A program made the position numbers and the translations under genes. A DNA stretch of 64,000 bases from a virus, in IMG/VR virus record IMGVR_UViG_3300025168_000036. One strand, given 5' to 3'. The stretch's first letter is position 1. Each line of letters starts with the position of its first letter. Below, piece after piece: positions 9,496-18,537 of the stretch. The notes below the pieces were generated by a model. That model had not been told where the DNA came from. It saw nothing but the letters and a program-made list of their open reading frames with translations, and ran no database searches.

Positions 9496-10409
9496 TTTAC
9501 TAACTTTCTATTTTGTTTTGGGCACAATTCATAATTTTTCTTGAATGAACAGTATGTGCAACCTGTTCTTAGTGCTGGATAGTTTGCATCTTTATTGTGC
9601 TTTCCATCATCTGTAAATGCGTGGGCTATAAATTCAGTTAATAGCTTTTTTGTTTTATTCATAGAGACCTTACCATGTGGAGGTCTATATTGTTGTATCC
9701 TTTTTTGGGGGAAGTCAAAGTTTTCATATAGCTTTCTTTTGACTATAAAGTATTCTATGTTTATATTTTCCTCTGGTACATCATATTGCTTTGAGAAATA
9801 CCTTTTGTATATTCTAAGCTGATCACCTTCTGCCTTTTTCTTTTTTGCCTTCCAACCAAACATTGAAGTTTTAATGTCATATATTGTAATTGTGTCACCT
9901 TGCTTCATTACAATATCTGCAAAACCCATTAACATTATATTTGAGTTGTCATCACTTTCGCATAAAATTGGTATTTCAACACCAAGTAGTTCTGTATTCT
10001 TTTTTGAAAAATATGCACCTCGCCTTTTCTTAAAGTAGTCTATAATTAATACACCTTCATCATAGAATTCTTGCATTTCTGCAGGATCAGAAAAATGGCC
10101 ACCAGTGTCTTTTACTGCTTTTTTATATTCTGTTGCCATACATTCTTTTAACATCTTTTCAGAGTCGAATGCATTTGCTGCGACAGCAGTTTTTTCATAC
10201 ATTGTTGTTAAGTATTGTTGTAATACCTCATGCATTGCCGTACCAAATACTAGAAACATAGAAGGTATAAATTCTCTGTGTTTGTCAATATATGTAAGCT
10301 TCCATTGTAGTGGGCAACCTTTATACATATTTAACTGGCTGTATGAGATGGTCTTTTTCCCCATCATTCTGGCCTTTATAGCTAAGTCTTTTGGTGTTTT
10401 TATTTGCAT
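9492..10409 (-). CDS. Cas4/AddB-like PD-(D/E)XK exonuclease
   Basis: ISYSQL..CP, GTAMH, GFAD, DIKT, QLRIY, C-terminal CTYC..C. Confidence 0.8.
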   Translation of the reverse strand: MQIKTPKDLAIKARMMGKKTISYSQLNMYKGCPLQWKLTYIDKHREFIPSMFLVFGTAMHEVLQQYLTTMYEKTAVAANAFDSEKMLKECMATEYKKAVKDTGGHFSDPAEMQEFYDEGVLIIDYFKKRRGAYFSKKNTELLGVEIPILCESDDNSNIMLMGFADIVMKQGDTITIYDIKTSMFGWKAKKKKAEGDQLRIYKRYFSKQYDVPEENINIEYFIVKRKLYENFDFPQKRIQQYRPPHGKVSMNKTKKLLTEFIAHAFTDDGKHNKDANYPALRTGCTYCSFKKNYELCPKQNRKLVK

Positions 10410-10410
10410 A

Positions 10411-10480
10411 TATAAATATAATAAAAATAACGCAAGAAAAAAAATTTCTAACGTAAAATGCTAAAAAGTTATTAACAATT
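10411..10480 (-). repeat. Dispersed ~65-70 bp promoter-associated repeat, copy A
   Basis: Shares ACGCAAGAAAAAAAATTTCT, ACGTA and AAAGTTATTAACAAT (+ strand) with copies C and D. Confidence 0.8.
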
Positions 10481-11139
10481 TATTTTAATTTTGACCAGTT
10501 AACTGGTGCTACATAAGGTGGAGATCCTGGATGTGGTCCTGTCCATATTCCTTTTATTTGATCAAGATGTTTAACTACAGAGTCTGTATATTTTTGAGCT
10601 ACAGTCTTATATCGCTTTGATGTAAATGCATCATATATCTCAGATGCCATCTTAATTGGTGTACCTGGGAATACAATCATATTAGATATTCCAGGAAGGA
10701 AGCCAGGACTGTGTGGTATTACAGGCAAGAATGACTGGCCAGTCCAGTATGTAATAATTGCAGTTGCAGGTAATAAATACGGTGGCTTACCTAGATTAGC
10801 TGGGACCTTAGCCTGCATTTCAAAGCACTTCTTCCATGCGCTAAATAAGACCTTTACCTTACCTCCAGTAAATTGATACTTACCAGTTACTGCATCCCAT
10901 TTCCAATCATTAGGTGGCTTTGCCTCATCTTCTCCTCTAGCTTGCTTATCTTGGTCTCCCCACCCATTATCCCAACTTGTTGTTCTTATTGCAATATTTC
11001 CAACTGGGTCCATAGCTGGTATTCCTATATTTCTATGATAACTTGTAGCTAAAAATGTTGCACACTGGTCAATGCCTTCTGACTTACCTTCACTTAGATA
11101 AGTTTCTACCTCACTTCTTAGCTGTCTATCTTTAATCAT
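10480..11139 (-). CDS. Hypothetical Pro/Gly/Trp-rich protein
   Basis: 219-aa ORF within the operon. Confidence 0.6.
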   Translation of the reverse strand: MIKDRQLRSEVETYLSEGKSEGIDQCATFLATSYHRNIGIPAMDPVGNIAIRTTSWDNGWGDQDKQARGEDEAKPPNDWKWDAVTGKYQFTGGKVKVLFSAWKKCFEMQAKVPANLGKPPYLLPATAIITYWTGQSFLPVIPHSPGFLPGISNMIVFPGTPIKMASEIYDAFTSKRYKTVAQKYTDSVVKHLDQIKGIWTGPHPGSPPYVAPVNWSKLK

Positions 11140-11140
11140 T

Positions 11141-11347
11141 TTATTTCTGCCTGGTCTTTTCTATAAGTTTATCAAGGTATTGCTTTGCCTTAAGAAGGTC
11201 TTCAATACCATTCTTATGCTTCCATCTTGTAACATACTTTATTATATTACCTTCAAAGAAGTCAAGGTTATGAGAGTGGGCATATTCCCACATCTCTATT
11301 CCCCTTGTATAATGAAGAGGGTGTTTTACGTTATCATTTTTAGACAA
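11141..11347 (-). CDS. DUF3310 (T7 gp1.7-like) protein
   Basis: VKHPLHY...GNIIKYVTRWKHKNGIEDLLKAKQYL. Confidence 0.85.
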   Translation of the reverse strand: MSKNDNVKHPLHYTRGIEMWEYAHSHNLDFFEGNIIKYVTRWKHKNGIEDLLKAKQYLDKLIEKTRQK

Positions 11348-11588
11348 GCTTTAACCCTTTATCATCCTTTTTCTTCTTAGGTAGAAATGCATCATTTATG
11401 TGGCCACATTCATCACACTTAAATATTTGCATAGGTACTAAGCTTTTCTTTCCATTTGGTGATACTACTGCAGACACTTCCTTAAATAAAAATACTGGCA
11501 CAAATGTTTGGTTTTGACACTTATCACAGCAAACGTCTTTCATGTCTTCTGGTTTTATATTTAATTTCATATTGCCTGTATTATCCAT
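11340..11588 (-). CDS. Zinc-ribbon protein
   Basis: CDKC...CDECGH. Confidence 0.6.
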   Translation of the reverse strand: MDNTGNMKLNIKPEDMKDVCCDKCQNQTFVPVFLFKEVSAVVSPNGKKSLVPMQIFKCDECGHINDAFLPKKKKDDKGLKLV

Positions 11589-11817
11589 CAGTTTTCTCGC
11601 CTTCTTCTTGCTTTGGTATCATAGAGATAATTAAGCTAATCTTTTCTTCTGCTTCTGCAATTTTTGATATTGCCTTATCCATTTCATCTAATATCTGTGG
11701 GTGTTCTCCTACTCCTACAGATTGATTAGTATAAAGATTTAATATTGCTATTCCTTCTGCTTTTTGTGCCTGATATCTTTTAACCAATGCATCTAAAAGT
11801 TGTTGTGCTTGAGTCAT
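11581..11817 (-). CDS. Hypothetical helical protein
   Basis: 78-aa ORF with AGGAGAG SD; VGVGEHP motif. Confidence 0.6.
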   Translation of the reverse strand: MTQAQQLLDALVKRYQAQKAEGIAILNLYTNQSVGVGEHPQILDEMDKAISKIAEAEEKISLIISMIPKQEEGEKTDG

Positions 11818-11828
11818 ATTTTCTCTCC

Positions 11829-13487
11829 TTACATCATTCCAAATCCACCACCCATTGGTTGGGCAGCTTCTTCTTCATTGTTATTTTCATTAATAATTAT
11901 ACACTCAGTTGTTAAAATTGTACCTGCAACTGAAACAGCTTTTTCTAATGCAACTCTTGTTACTTTTGCTGGATCAATAATACCAGATTTCATCATATCA
12001 ACAACTTGTTCTGTTCTTGCATCAAAGCCCATAGTAAAAGGTACAGAGTCTTCATCTGACATTCCATCAAATGCATGAATCTCATTCCAGATATTTGCTG
12101 CATCAAGGCCTGCATTTTTCATAATGATTTCAAATGGCTCTTGTACTGCTTCCATCACAATTCTATAGCCTGTAATTTGGTCCTCATTTTCAAATACATC
12201 ATCAACAACATCATCATCAAAGCAACTTCTTAGTGCAATTCCTCCACCAGGTACTATACCTTCATCAAGTGCAGCCCTAGTAGCATGTAATGCATCCTCA
12301 ACTCTGTCCTTCTTTTCCTTCATTTCAATTTCTGATTCAGCACCTATTTTAAGAATTGCTACACCTCCAGCCATCTTTCCAACTCTTTGCTGATATACTT
12401 CTTTTTCATAGTCTGAGTCTGATGTTTCAAGTAGTACCTTAATCTCGTTTACTCTATTTGCTATTGATTCTGGGTCACCTGCACCATCAACTATTGTTGT
12501 TGACTTTCCACTAACAGTTACTGTTTTTGCACTACCTGCAAAGTCTGATACATTAATAGTATCTAGTTTATGACCTTTATTCTTACTTATTACTGTTCCT
12601 CCAGTAATTGTTGCAATATCCTCAAGCAATTGAGTTCTCTTTTCACCAAATTCAGGTGCCTTTACTGCAGCAACCTTAAGTGTTCCCCTTGCCTTATTTA
12701 CAATAAGTCCAGCTAGTGCCTCGCCTTCAACATCATGAGCAACTATTAATAGTGGCTTGTCTTGTGCGATTGCAGCTTCTAATGGTTTTACTAACTCTTT
12801 AAGTGTTTGAATCTTTTTGTCAACCAATAATATCCATGGGTCTTCAAATTGTGCATGCATGTGATTATTATCTGTAACAAAGTATGGTGATATATAACCT
12901 CTATCAAATTGAACACCTTCTACTGTTTCAAGGTATGTATCATTTGTTCTAGACTCCTCTACTGTAATTACACCTTCTCTTCCTACTTTATCCATTGCAG
13001 TTGCAATTAACTTACCAACCTCAGCATCATTGTTTGCTGAAATTGTAGCCACCTGTTCTATTTCTTCTTGAGAAGAGATATCTGTTGCTATATCATCAAG
13101 CTTTTCTACTACTGAAGTTACCCCAATATCCATTCCCCTTTTTATATCAACTGGATTAGCCTTTAGTTCTGTGATACAATTAAAACCTCTTCTTAGTATT
13201 GAATTTGCTAATACAGTGGCTGTAGTTGTTCCATCACCTGCCTCATCGTTAACTTGATTTGCAACCTCTTTTACCATTTGTGCACCTGCATTTTCAACTT
13301 CATCTTCCAAAAATACTTCCTTTGCAACAGAAACACCATCTTTTGTTGATACAAACTCACCATTTTTTTCAAGAATTACATTTCTACCTTTAGGTCCTAA
13401 AGTTGCACTAACTGCTGTTGAAAGTTTTTGAACACCTTTTCCAATTAGGCTTCTTGCATCTTCGTTAAATTCAATTCTTTTCTTCAT
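11829..13487 (-). CDS. groEL: Chaperonin GroEL
   Basis: [50 protein letters not shown] tail. Confidence 0.97.
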   Translation of the reverse strand: MKKRIEFNEDARSLIGKGVQKLSTAVSATLGPKGRNVILEKNGEFVSTKDGVSVAKEVFLEDEVENAGAQMVKEVANQVNDEAGDGTTTATVLANSILRRGFNCITELKANPVDIKRGMDIGVTSVVEKLDDIATDISSQEEIEQVATISANNDAEVGKLIATAMDKVGREGVITVEESRTNDTYLETVEGVQFDRGYISPYFVTDNNHMHAQFEDPWILLVDKKIQTLKELVKPLEAAIAQDKPLLIVAHDVEGEALAGLIVNKARGTLKVAAVKAPEFGEKRTQLLEDIATITGGTVISKNKGHKLDTINVSDFAGSAKTVTVSGKSTTIVDGAGDPESIANRVNEIKVLLETSDSDYEKEVYQQRVGKMAGGVAILKIGAESEIEMKEKKDRVEDALHATRAALDEGIVPGGGIALRSCFDDDVVDDVFENEDQITGYRIVMEAVQEPFEIIMKNAGLDAANIWNEIHAFDGMSDEDSVPFTMGFDARTEQVVDMMKSGIIDPAKVTRVALEKAVSVAGTILTTECIIINENNNEEEAAQPMGGGFGMM

Positions 13488-13780
13488 TATTTTGTCTCCT
13501 TATAAATTGTTAAAATTTCATCTTCTCTACATACGATGAACTCTTCTCTATTAACTTCAAGTCTTTTAGCTGAAAATTTTGGATAGTATACTACATCGCC
13601 TACCTTACATTGCATATGACCTCTTTTTCCAGTATTTAGTAGTGGGCCGGGACCTACTGCTAATACTTCGCCTTTAAGTGATACTTCTGCATCAACTTCT
13701 GGCATAATTACTCCACCTGATGTCATTTCATCTGGTTCTAATCCTTTTAATACTACATTTCCTCCTGTTGGTGTAAACAT
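13487..13780 (-). CDS. groES: Co-chaperonin GroES
   Basis: TSGGVIMP mobile loop, GEVLAVGPG, KVGDVV, REDEIL. Confidence 0.92.
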   Translation of the reverse strand: MFTPTGGNVVLKGLEPDEMTSGGVIMPEVDAEVSLKGEVLAVGPGPLLNTGKRGHMQCKVGDVVYYPKFSAKRLEVNREEFIVCREDEILTIYKETK

Positions 13781-14499
13781 TATATTGCCTCCTTATCTTT
13801 AATTCTTAATTTATTTTCTATTTCATGTGAGCTTCTTACACATGATATTCCTAATTGGTCTTTCATTACTTCTGGTGTTGTGCAAGACTGGTTAAAGCTT
13901 GCAAAATCTGTTTTACTTGGGAACCTTCCACAACCTGCAAATAGACACCCAAATGCATTTGATAAATAATCTGCAGCTGCGTAGTCACACTTTCCTATTA
14001 AGTCACATCCTGGCTTGAAGCTTTTTGCAGCTTCAATTCCCATATCGATCATCTTCTCTCTTAATAGCCAATGTAAACCTACAATAAACTCTTCCTCGCA
14101 AAACTTAAGCCTTCTCATCATCTGTCCTCTAAGAGAATTAATATTTTGCTCAACTACGTATGTACATTCTCTTGACATTAAATTAAACAATTCAGGATTT
14201 TCGCTTTCAGATACTCTGTGCTTTTCCAGTTCAGATAGCGTTTTTATGGTTTTGTCGCGAAAGTCTGAGTTCTTCTCCATTAACTCATATACCTGAGTAT
14301 AAACCACATATGTTGGGTTTGGATTAACCTCATATTGCTTAAATTTAATTCCTACTCTAGCCCTTGAATGTTGATCATATTGGCAAATTGGTGTCCCTTT
14401 TACTCTATATGTTATCATACCAGAAGCCTGATGCCAATTCAAAATGTCTACTTCTAGACCTTTCACTCCACACTTTATTTCAATGTTATTAACTTTCAT
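13780..14499 (-). CDS. Divergent ThyX-fold protein B
   Basis: ITYRVKG..DQHSRARVG (RHR-like), NINSLRGQMMRRL, C-terminal PGC...GKC. Confidence 0.55.
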   Translation of the reverse strand: MKVNNIEIKCGVKGLEVDILNWHQASGMITYRVKGTPICQYDQHSRARVGIKFKQYEVNPNPTYVVYTQVYELMEKNSDFRDKTIKTLSELEKHRVSESENPELFNLMSRECTYVVEQNINSLRGQMMRRLKFCEEEFIVGLHWLLREKMIDMGIEAAKSFKPGCDLIGKCDYAAADYLSNAFGCLFAGCGRFPSKTDFASFNQSCTTPEVMKDQLGISCVRSSHEIENKLRIKDKEAI

Positions 14500-15307
14500 A
14501 AAATAATTCTTTATCCTTTTTGCTTAAATCTTCAAATTTATATTCTCTTATCTTATGTAATACAACATCTGTATTTTCAAATATTACACTCAGATATAAA
14601 CCTATAAATGGGAATTGTTTTTCAACAACACTTACAAGTTCTTTATAGAGTATTGCCAATGACTGCTCTTTTACATTATCACCAAACTTTCCTGATGCAT
14701 TGAATCCTCTCATTGATACTAATGAAAGTAAATTTTGGCCAAAATGATATGAGTGTTGATAGCTTTGTGGTAAGAATGTTCTACCAGACTGCCAACTTGA
14801 TTGATCTTCATTTAATACATCTGCATATATTTGCTTTAAGTCATTAAATGTTTTCTTTTCTTCTGATGATAGTTTTCTTTTGCCTACAGTAATAATGTCT
14901 ACATCAGACTTATTATTGTCTCTGCATCCTATACTCATAAAACTTGTGAATGGGGTCTGAGTGTGGTAGTCAAATAGCCATCTTGGTACACCTCTTACTC
15001 TGAATATAAATTGTACCATTTCTCTTGCTTGTGGTAGTGTATTGTGAGTCAATACAGCTTTTACAACCTCAAACTTACCTTCAGGAGTTGTTTCTGGCCA
15101 TTTTTGCTTAAACTTATTGTCACCCCAAGTAGAAGTACTTGTCACAAACATTGACTTATAAGGATTTGTCATGTGGTCTTCTAATGTGACCTCAACCTCA
15201 TCAATCATATCGTGAAATTCAGTAACAACTGGTGGCCTCTCTTCTGGGAGAGTTCCCATAACTTTTCTTAGGTTTTCTACAACCTCGTAACTTAATTTAT
15301 CTTCCAT
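14489..15307 (-). CDS. Divergent ThyX-fold protein A
   Basis: AREMVQFIFRVRGVPR, SFMSIGCRD, GRTFLPQ, NLLSL, KQFP; the RHR motif is lost. Confidence 0.65.
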   Translation of the reverse strand: MEDKLSYEVVENLRKVMGTLPEERPPVVTEFHDMIDEVEVTLEDHMTNPYKSMFVTSTSTWGDNKFKQKWPETTPEGKFEVVKAVLTHNTLPQAREMVQFIFRVRGVPRWLFDYHTQTPFTSFMSIGCRDNNKSDVDIITVGKRKLSSEEKKTFNDLKQIYADVLNEDQSSWQSGRTFLPQSYQHSYHFGQNLLSLVSMRGFNASGKFGDNVKEQSLAILYKELVSVVEKQFPFIGLYLSVIFENTDVVLHKIREYKFEDLSKKDKELFYES

Positions 15308-15343
15308 AATTTTATATAACCTTTATAATATAATAAATATCTC

Positions 15344-16300
15344 TTAAATATAAAAATGTAACGAATCAAATTTTATATTTATTTTAATATTTTCTACTTT
15401 AGTATTTTTATCAAACCAGATTTTTATCATTTTGCATATAGATATAAAGTCATGGTTAAATAGCCCTACGTTTGAGGACCTAAAGTTTACACTTACATTT
15501 AATGTATTATTTCTAAGTAGAATATGAACATATGACAGGCACTCATCATCTGTAAATACAAATCTTCTACTATGTGAGTCTTCCTTCTTTCCATAGTATC
15601 CTGATAGCTCTGATTCTATCTTTTTTGTGAATTTAGCTAATTGGAATTTATAACTGTCAACTTCAAGCTGCATATAGTCATTTATATTCTCCAACCCTGT
15701 ATATAGATCTTTTGATGCCCAACTTTCCACATCGTCATAAGACATATCTAAATCCATCTTATAATTTATAAGCTCCTTAGTACCACCAACACTAGCTCCG
15801 TATTCCTGTAATGCAGTCATTGCTGTTCCTATTTGGTGCTCTGGGCTTAATAAAAATTCATTATACATTTCTATAATGCCATTAATTCTTTTTGCAATAG
15901 ATCCTGGATCATCCTCTCCATCTATTACCCAAAAGTTTCTATGCTTTTCAAATCTAATGCATAGATCTTTATATATTCTTGCCACATGCTTTATTGACGA
16001 CCAAGACTGGAATTCATCTCCCCTATTACAATATCTCCTATGCAACTCTGCCTCACTAATGTCAAAATAGAAAACTATATTGTCATTAAGATAAGATATA
16101 AACTCATGTTCTCTTTCTTCATTATTGTCGAATCTGTTATGTAGCATGCCGTAAGCCATTATTGACATCAAGCCTCTATCGTTTAAGAGGACGTCATAGT
16201 CGTTGCCAGATTGTATAATTTCCCAAACCTTTTGGTATTGAGTTGTCTTACCTGAACAGTCAGGTCCTTCAAATATCAATTGTAGTCTTTTATTCATCAT
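15344..16300 (-). CDS. dNMP (thymidylate-kinase-like) kinase fused to a minimal ThyA/dCMP-hydroxymethylase-like domain
   Basis: EGPDCSGKTT and NDR (kinase); SRR, ECLSY, FRSSN, HDF, SLHFY (TS fold). Start is 16300 or 16297. Confidence 0.7.
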   Translation of the reverse strand: MMNKRLQLIFEGPDCSGKTTQYQKVWEIIQSGNDYDVLLNDRGLMSIMAYGMLHNRFDNNEEREHEFISYLNDNIVFYFDISEAELHRRYCNRGDEFQSWSSIKHVARIYKDLCIRFEKHRNFWVIDGEDDPGSIAKRINGIIEMYNEFLLSPEHQIGTAMTALQEYGASVGGTKELINYKMDLDMSYDDVESWASKDLYTGLENINDYMQLEVDSYKFQLAKFTKKIESELSGYYGKKEDSHSRRFVFTDDECLSYVHILLRNNTLNVSVNFRSSNVGLFNHDFISICKMIKIWFDKNTKVENIKINIKFDSLHFYI

Positions 16301-18536
16301 TAAACCTTTCATAAATTTTATTTAAGAACATTGTCTCACTATCTTTAAATCTACCAAGAGATATTAGCACCAATTCACCAGGTTCTATTTCCTCAAAACC
16401 TTTCATCTTATTCTGCCATATAAAGAAGTCTATTGAGCCATTGTCATCTTTTAGTGTTGCAATACCCATAGGCTTACCAGAAGACTTACTTCTTTTTGCA
16501 ATATATTTATCTACTATACCTATAATATAACAACCCATCTTGTCACCAAGTTTCATCCTTACTTCACTTGGTAGCATTGTATTTTGAAACTTAAAGTCTC
16601 TTTCTGTAAGTATTTGTACCATCTCTTTAATAGTGTCATTTATAAGATACTTTACATTAGTAGACATTGCACCATATTCAAGTTCTTTTAACTCTGTAAA
16701 GTTAAACTTTTTATCTTCATAGTCAGGTTGCTTTTTCTTTGGTAGCCTACCTTTATGAAATTGATTATAAGTATCCACCTCCTCATCCCATGAATCAAAT
16801 GCACCTGCAAATATTAAGTTTTCAACCTTTGACTTATTTTTAATTTCAGATCTGTCCAAGAAGTCCTGGAAGCTATTATATGGTGCGTGATTTAGTATTA
16901 GCTCCACATCACTAGGTGAAACAGTCTTAATTGCATCAAAGCCAAATAGTATACTTTTATCAACTATTGTAAATCCTTTTTGAGATGCATTTATATTTGC
17001 ACGTTCAACTTTAAAGCCTAGTTTCTTTGCAACATTAATGTGCTTCATCATATCAGTTCCTGGTTCAGAGTTGTCAAGCATAACCTTCATATATTCAATT
17101 GGGTAATTTGCCTTAAAGTATCCACCCCAATAAGATATTAATGAATAAGATACAGAATGGGCTTGATTAAAGCCATAGGCTGCAAATGCAGCACACTTTT
17201 CAAATAGATCCATTGCATCTGATTCCTTGATATGAACTGATAAGCCTTTGATAAACTTTTCCTTGTATAGACCAATATTCTTTTGCCTTTGCTCCATTGA
17301 TTCCCAGTCACGGTACTTAACTAATACCTTTCTAAACTTATTTGATTCTGAATCTGTAAACCCTGCAATAAGTGCCAGTTTCATAATTTGTTCTTGATAG
17401 GTAATAATTCCATATGTTTCTTCTAGGACTGTGTTAAGTGGTTCTGGCCACCTTTCGTACTCACCTGAATGTTTACGTTTGGCATACTCAGTTGGCATAC
17501 CTTCCATAAGTGGGCCAGGTCTTAATAGTGCAGAAACTGCTGATAGTTCAGCAACTGAGTCTGCCTTAACATCTTTTAAGATACCTTTTGCTGTGCCTGA
17601 TTCAAATTGAAATATTGTATCAGTATCTGATGTGTGGAATATTTTCTTAAATGTATATTCATCATCTAGTGGAATGTCACCTAGTTTTAGATTAAGTCCA
17701 TGCCTTTTATTAACAAGGTCCATAGTTGCACCTACTATTGATACATTTTTAAGGCCAAGTATATCAAACTTTACATATCCCATATGCTTAAGGCCGTAAG
17801 TTCCAGTACCTTCCTCCCATGCTGATGATATACCATCACCAATTTTATTTAGTGCAATATTTTCATCTAAGTTTTCAGATGATATAATAACACCAGCTGG
17901 ATGTGTTCCGTAATTCCTAAGCATACCTCTAATCTTTTCTGCATAGAATTTAACCTTGGGGTATTTTGTAAAGTATTGTTTTAGTTTGTCAAAGTCATTA
18001 GCAAGTTCATCAAATGTTTTCTTTTCAGTTGACTCACCAGCCATGATAGTCTTTGTCATACCGAATGTATCCTTTGCAGGGACACCTAATGCACCAGCAA
18101 CATCTTGTATAATTGCCCTTGTTTTTGCAAGCTGATATACACCAATTTGTTTTACCTTTTCTCTACCAAACCTTTCATAGATGTAATTAATGACCTTTTG
18201 CCTTCCATGCCTACATACATCTTGATCAATATCAACAAGATCGACATCACCATCAGTTATAATCTCTGGCTTTTTATTTGTTTCAATGGGGTTTTCCTCA
18301 TAAATATCCAACAGCCAGTACAACAGACTATTTTGTTTATTACCTGGCAATTTCTTGCCTTTATTTTCGGTTATAAACGCCTGAATCTGCTTGTACTGGT
18401 CTGGATATCGTGCCTGGTAAAAATCGATTGCATCACACTCTTGTTGTAGCCAAGCAATATGCTCATCAAGACCTCTTTCCCTAAGGACCTTTGATGCATT
18501 CGTAAATATTTTATCTCCAATTAGTATCTTACTCAT
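16290..18536 (-). CDS. dnaE: DNA polymerase III alpha (family C), catalytic/C-terminal subunit
   Basis: DIDQD, HPAGVIIS, KFDILGL, FQFES, LRPGP, YQEQIM, YGFNQAHS, C-terminal OB fold. Confidence 0.92.
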   Translation of the reverse strand: MSKILIGDKIFTNASKVLRERGLDEHIAWLQQECDAIDFYQARYPDQYKQIQAFITENKGKKLPGNKQNSLLYWLLDIYEENPIETNKKPEIITDGDVDLVDIDQDVCRHGRQKVINYIYERFGREKVKQIGVYQLAKTRAIIQDVAGALGVPAKDTFGMTKTIMAGESTEKKTFDELANDFDKLKQYFTKYPKVKFYAEKIRGMLRNYGTHPAGVIISSENLDENIALNKIGDGISSAWEEGTGTYGLKHMGYVKFDILGLKNVSIVGATMDLVNKRHGLNLKLGDIPLDDEYTFKKIFHTSDTDTIFQFESGTAKGILKDVKADSVAELSAVSALLRPGPLMEGMPTEYAKRKHSGEYERWPEPLNTVLEETYGIITYQEQIMKLALIAGFTDSESNKFRKVLVKYRDWESMEQRQKNIGLYKEKFIKGLSVHIKESDAMDLFEKCAAFAAYGFNQAHSVSYSLISYWGGYFKANYPIEYMKVMLDNSEPGTDMMKHINVAKKLGFKVERANINASQKGFTIVDKSILFGFDAIKTVSPSDVELILNHAPYNSFQDFLDRSEIKNKSKVENLIFAGAFDSWDEEVDTYNQFHKGRLPKKKQPDYEDKKFNFTELKELEYGAMSTNVKYLINDTIKEMVQILTERDFKFQNTMLPSEVRMKLGDKMGCYIIGIVDKYIAKRSKSSGKPMGIATLKDDNGSIDFFIWQNKMKGFEEIEPGELVLISLGRFKDSETMFLNKIYERFNDE

Positions 18537-18537
18537 A

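Noticed and set aside
9492-10409. Cas4-like gene as evidence of a CRISPR-Cas system
   Set aside because: No array or other cas genes in the window; solo Cas4-like nucleases are common in phages.
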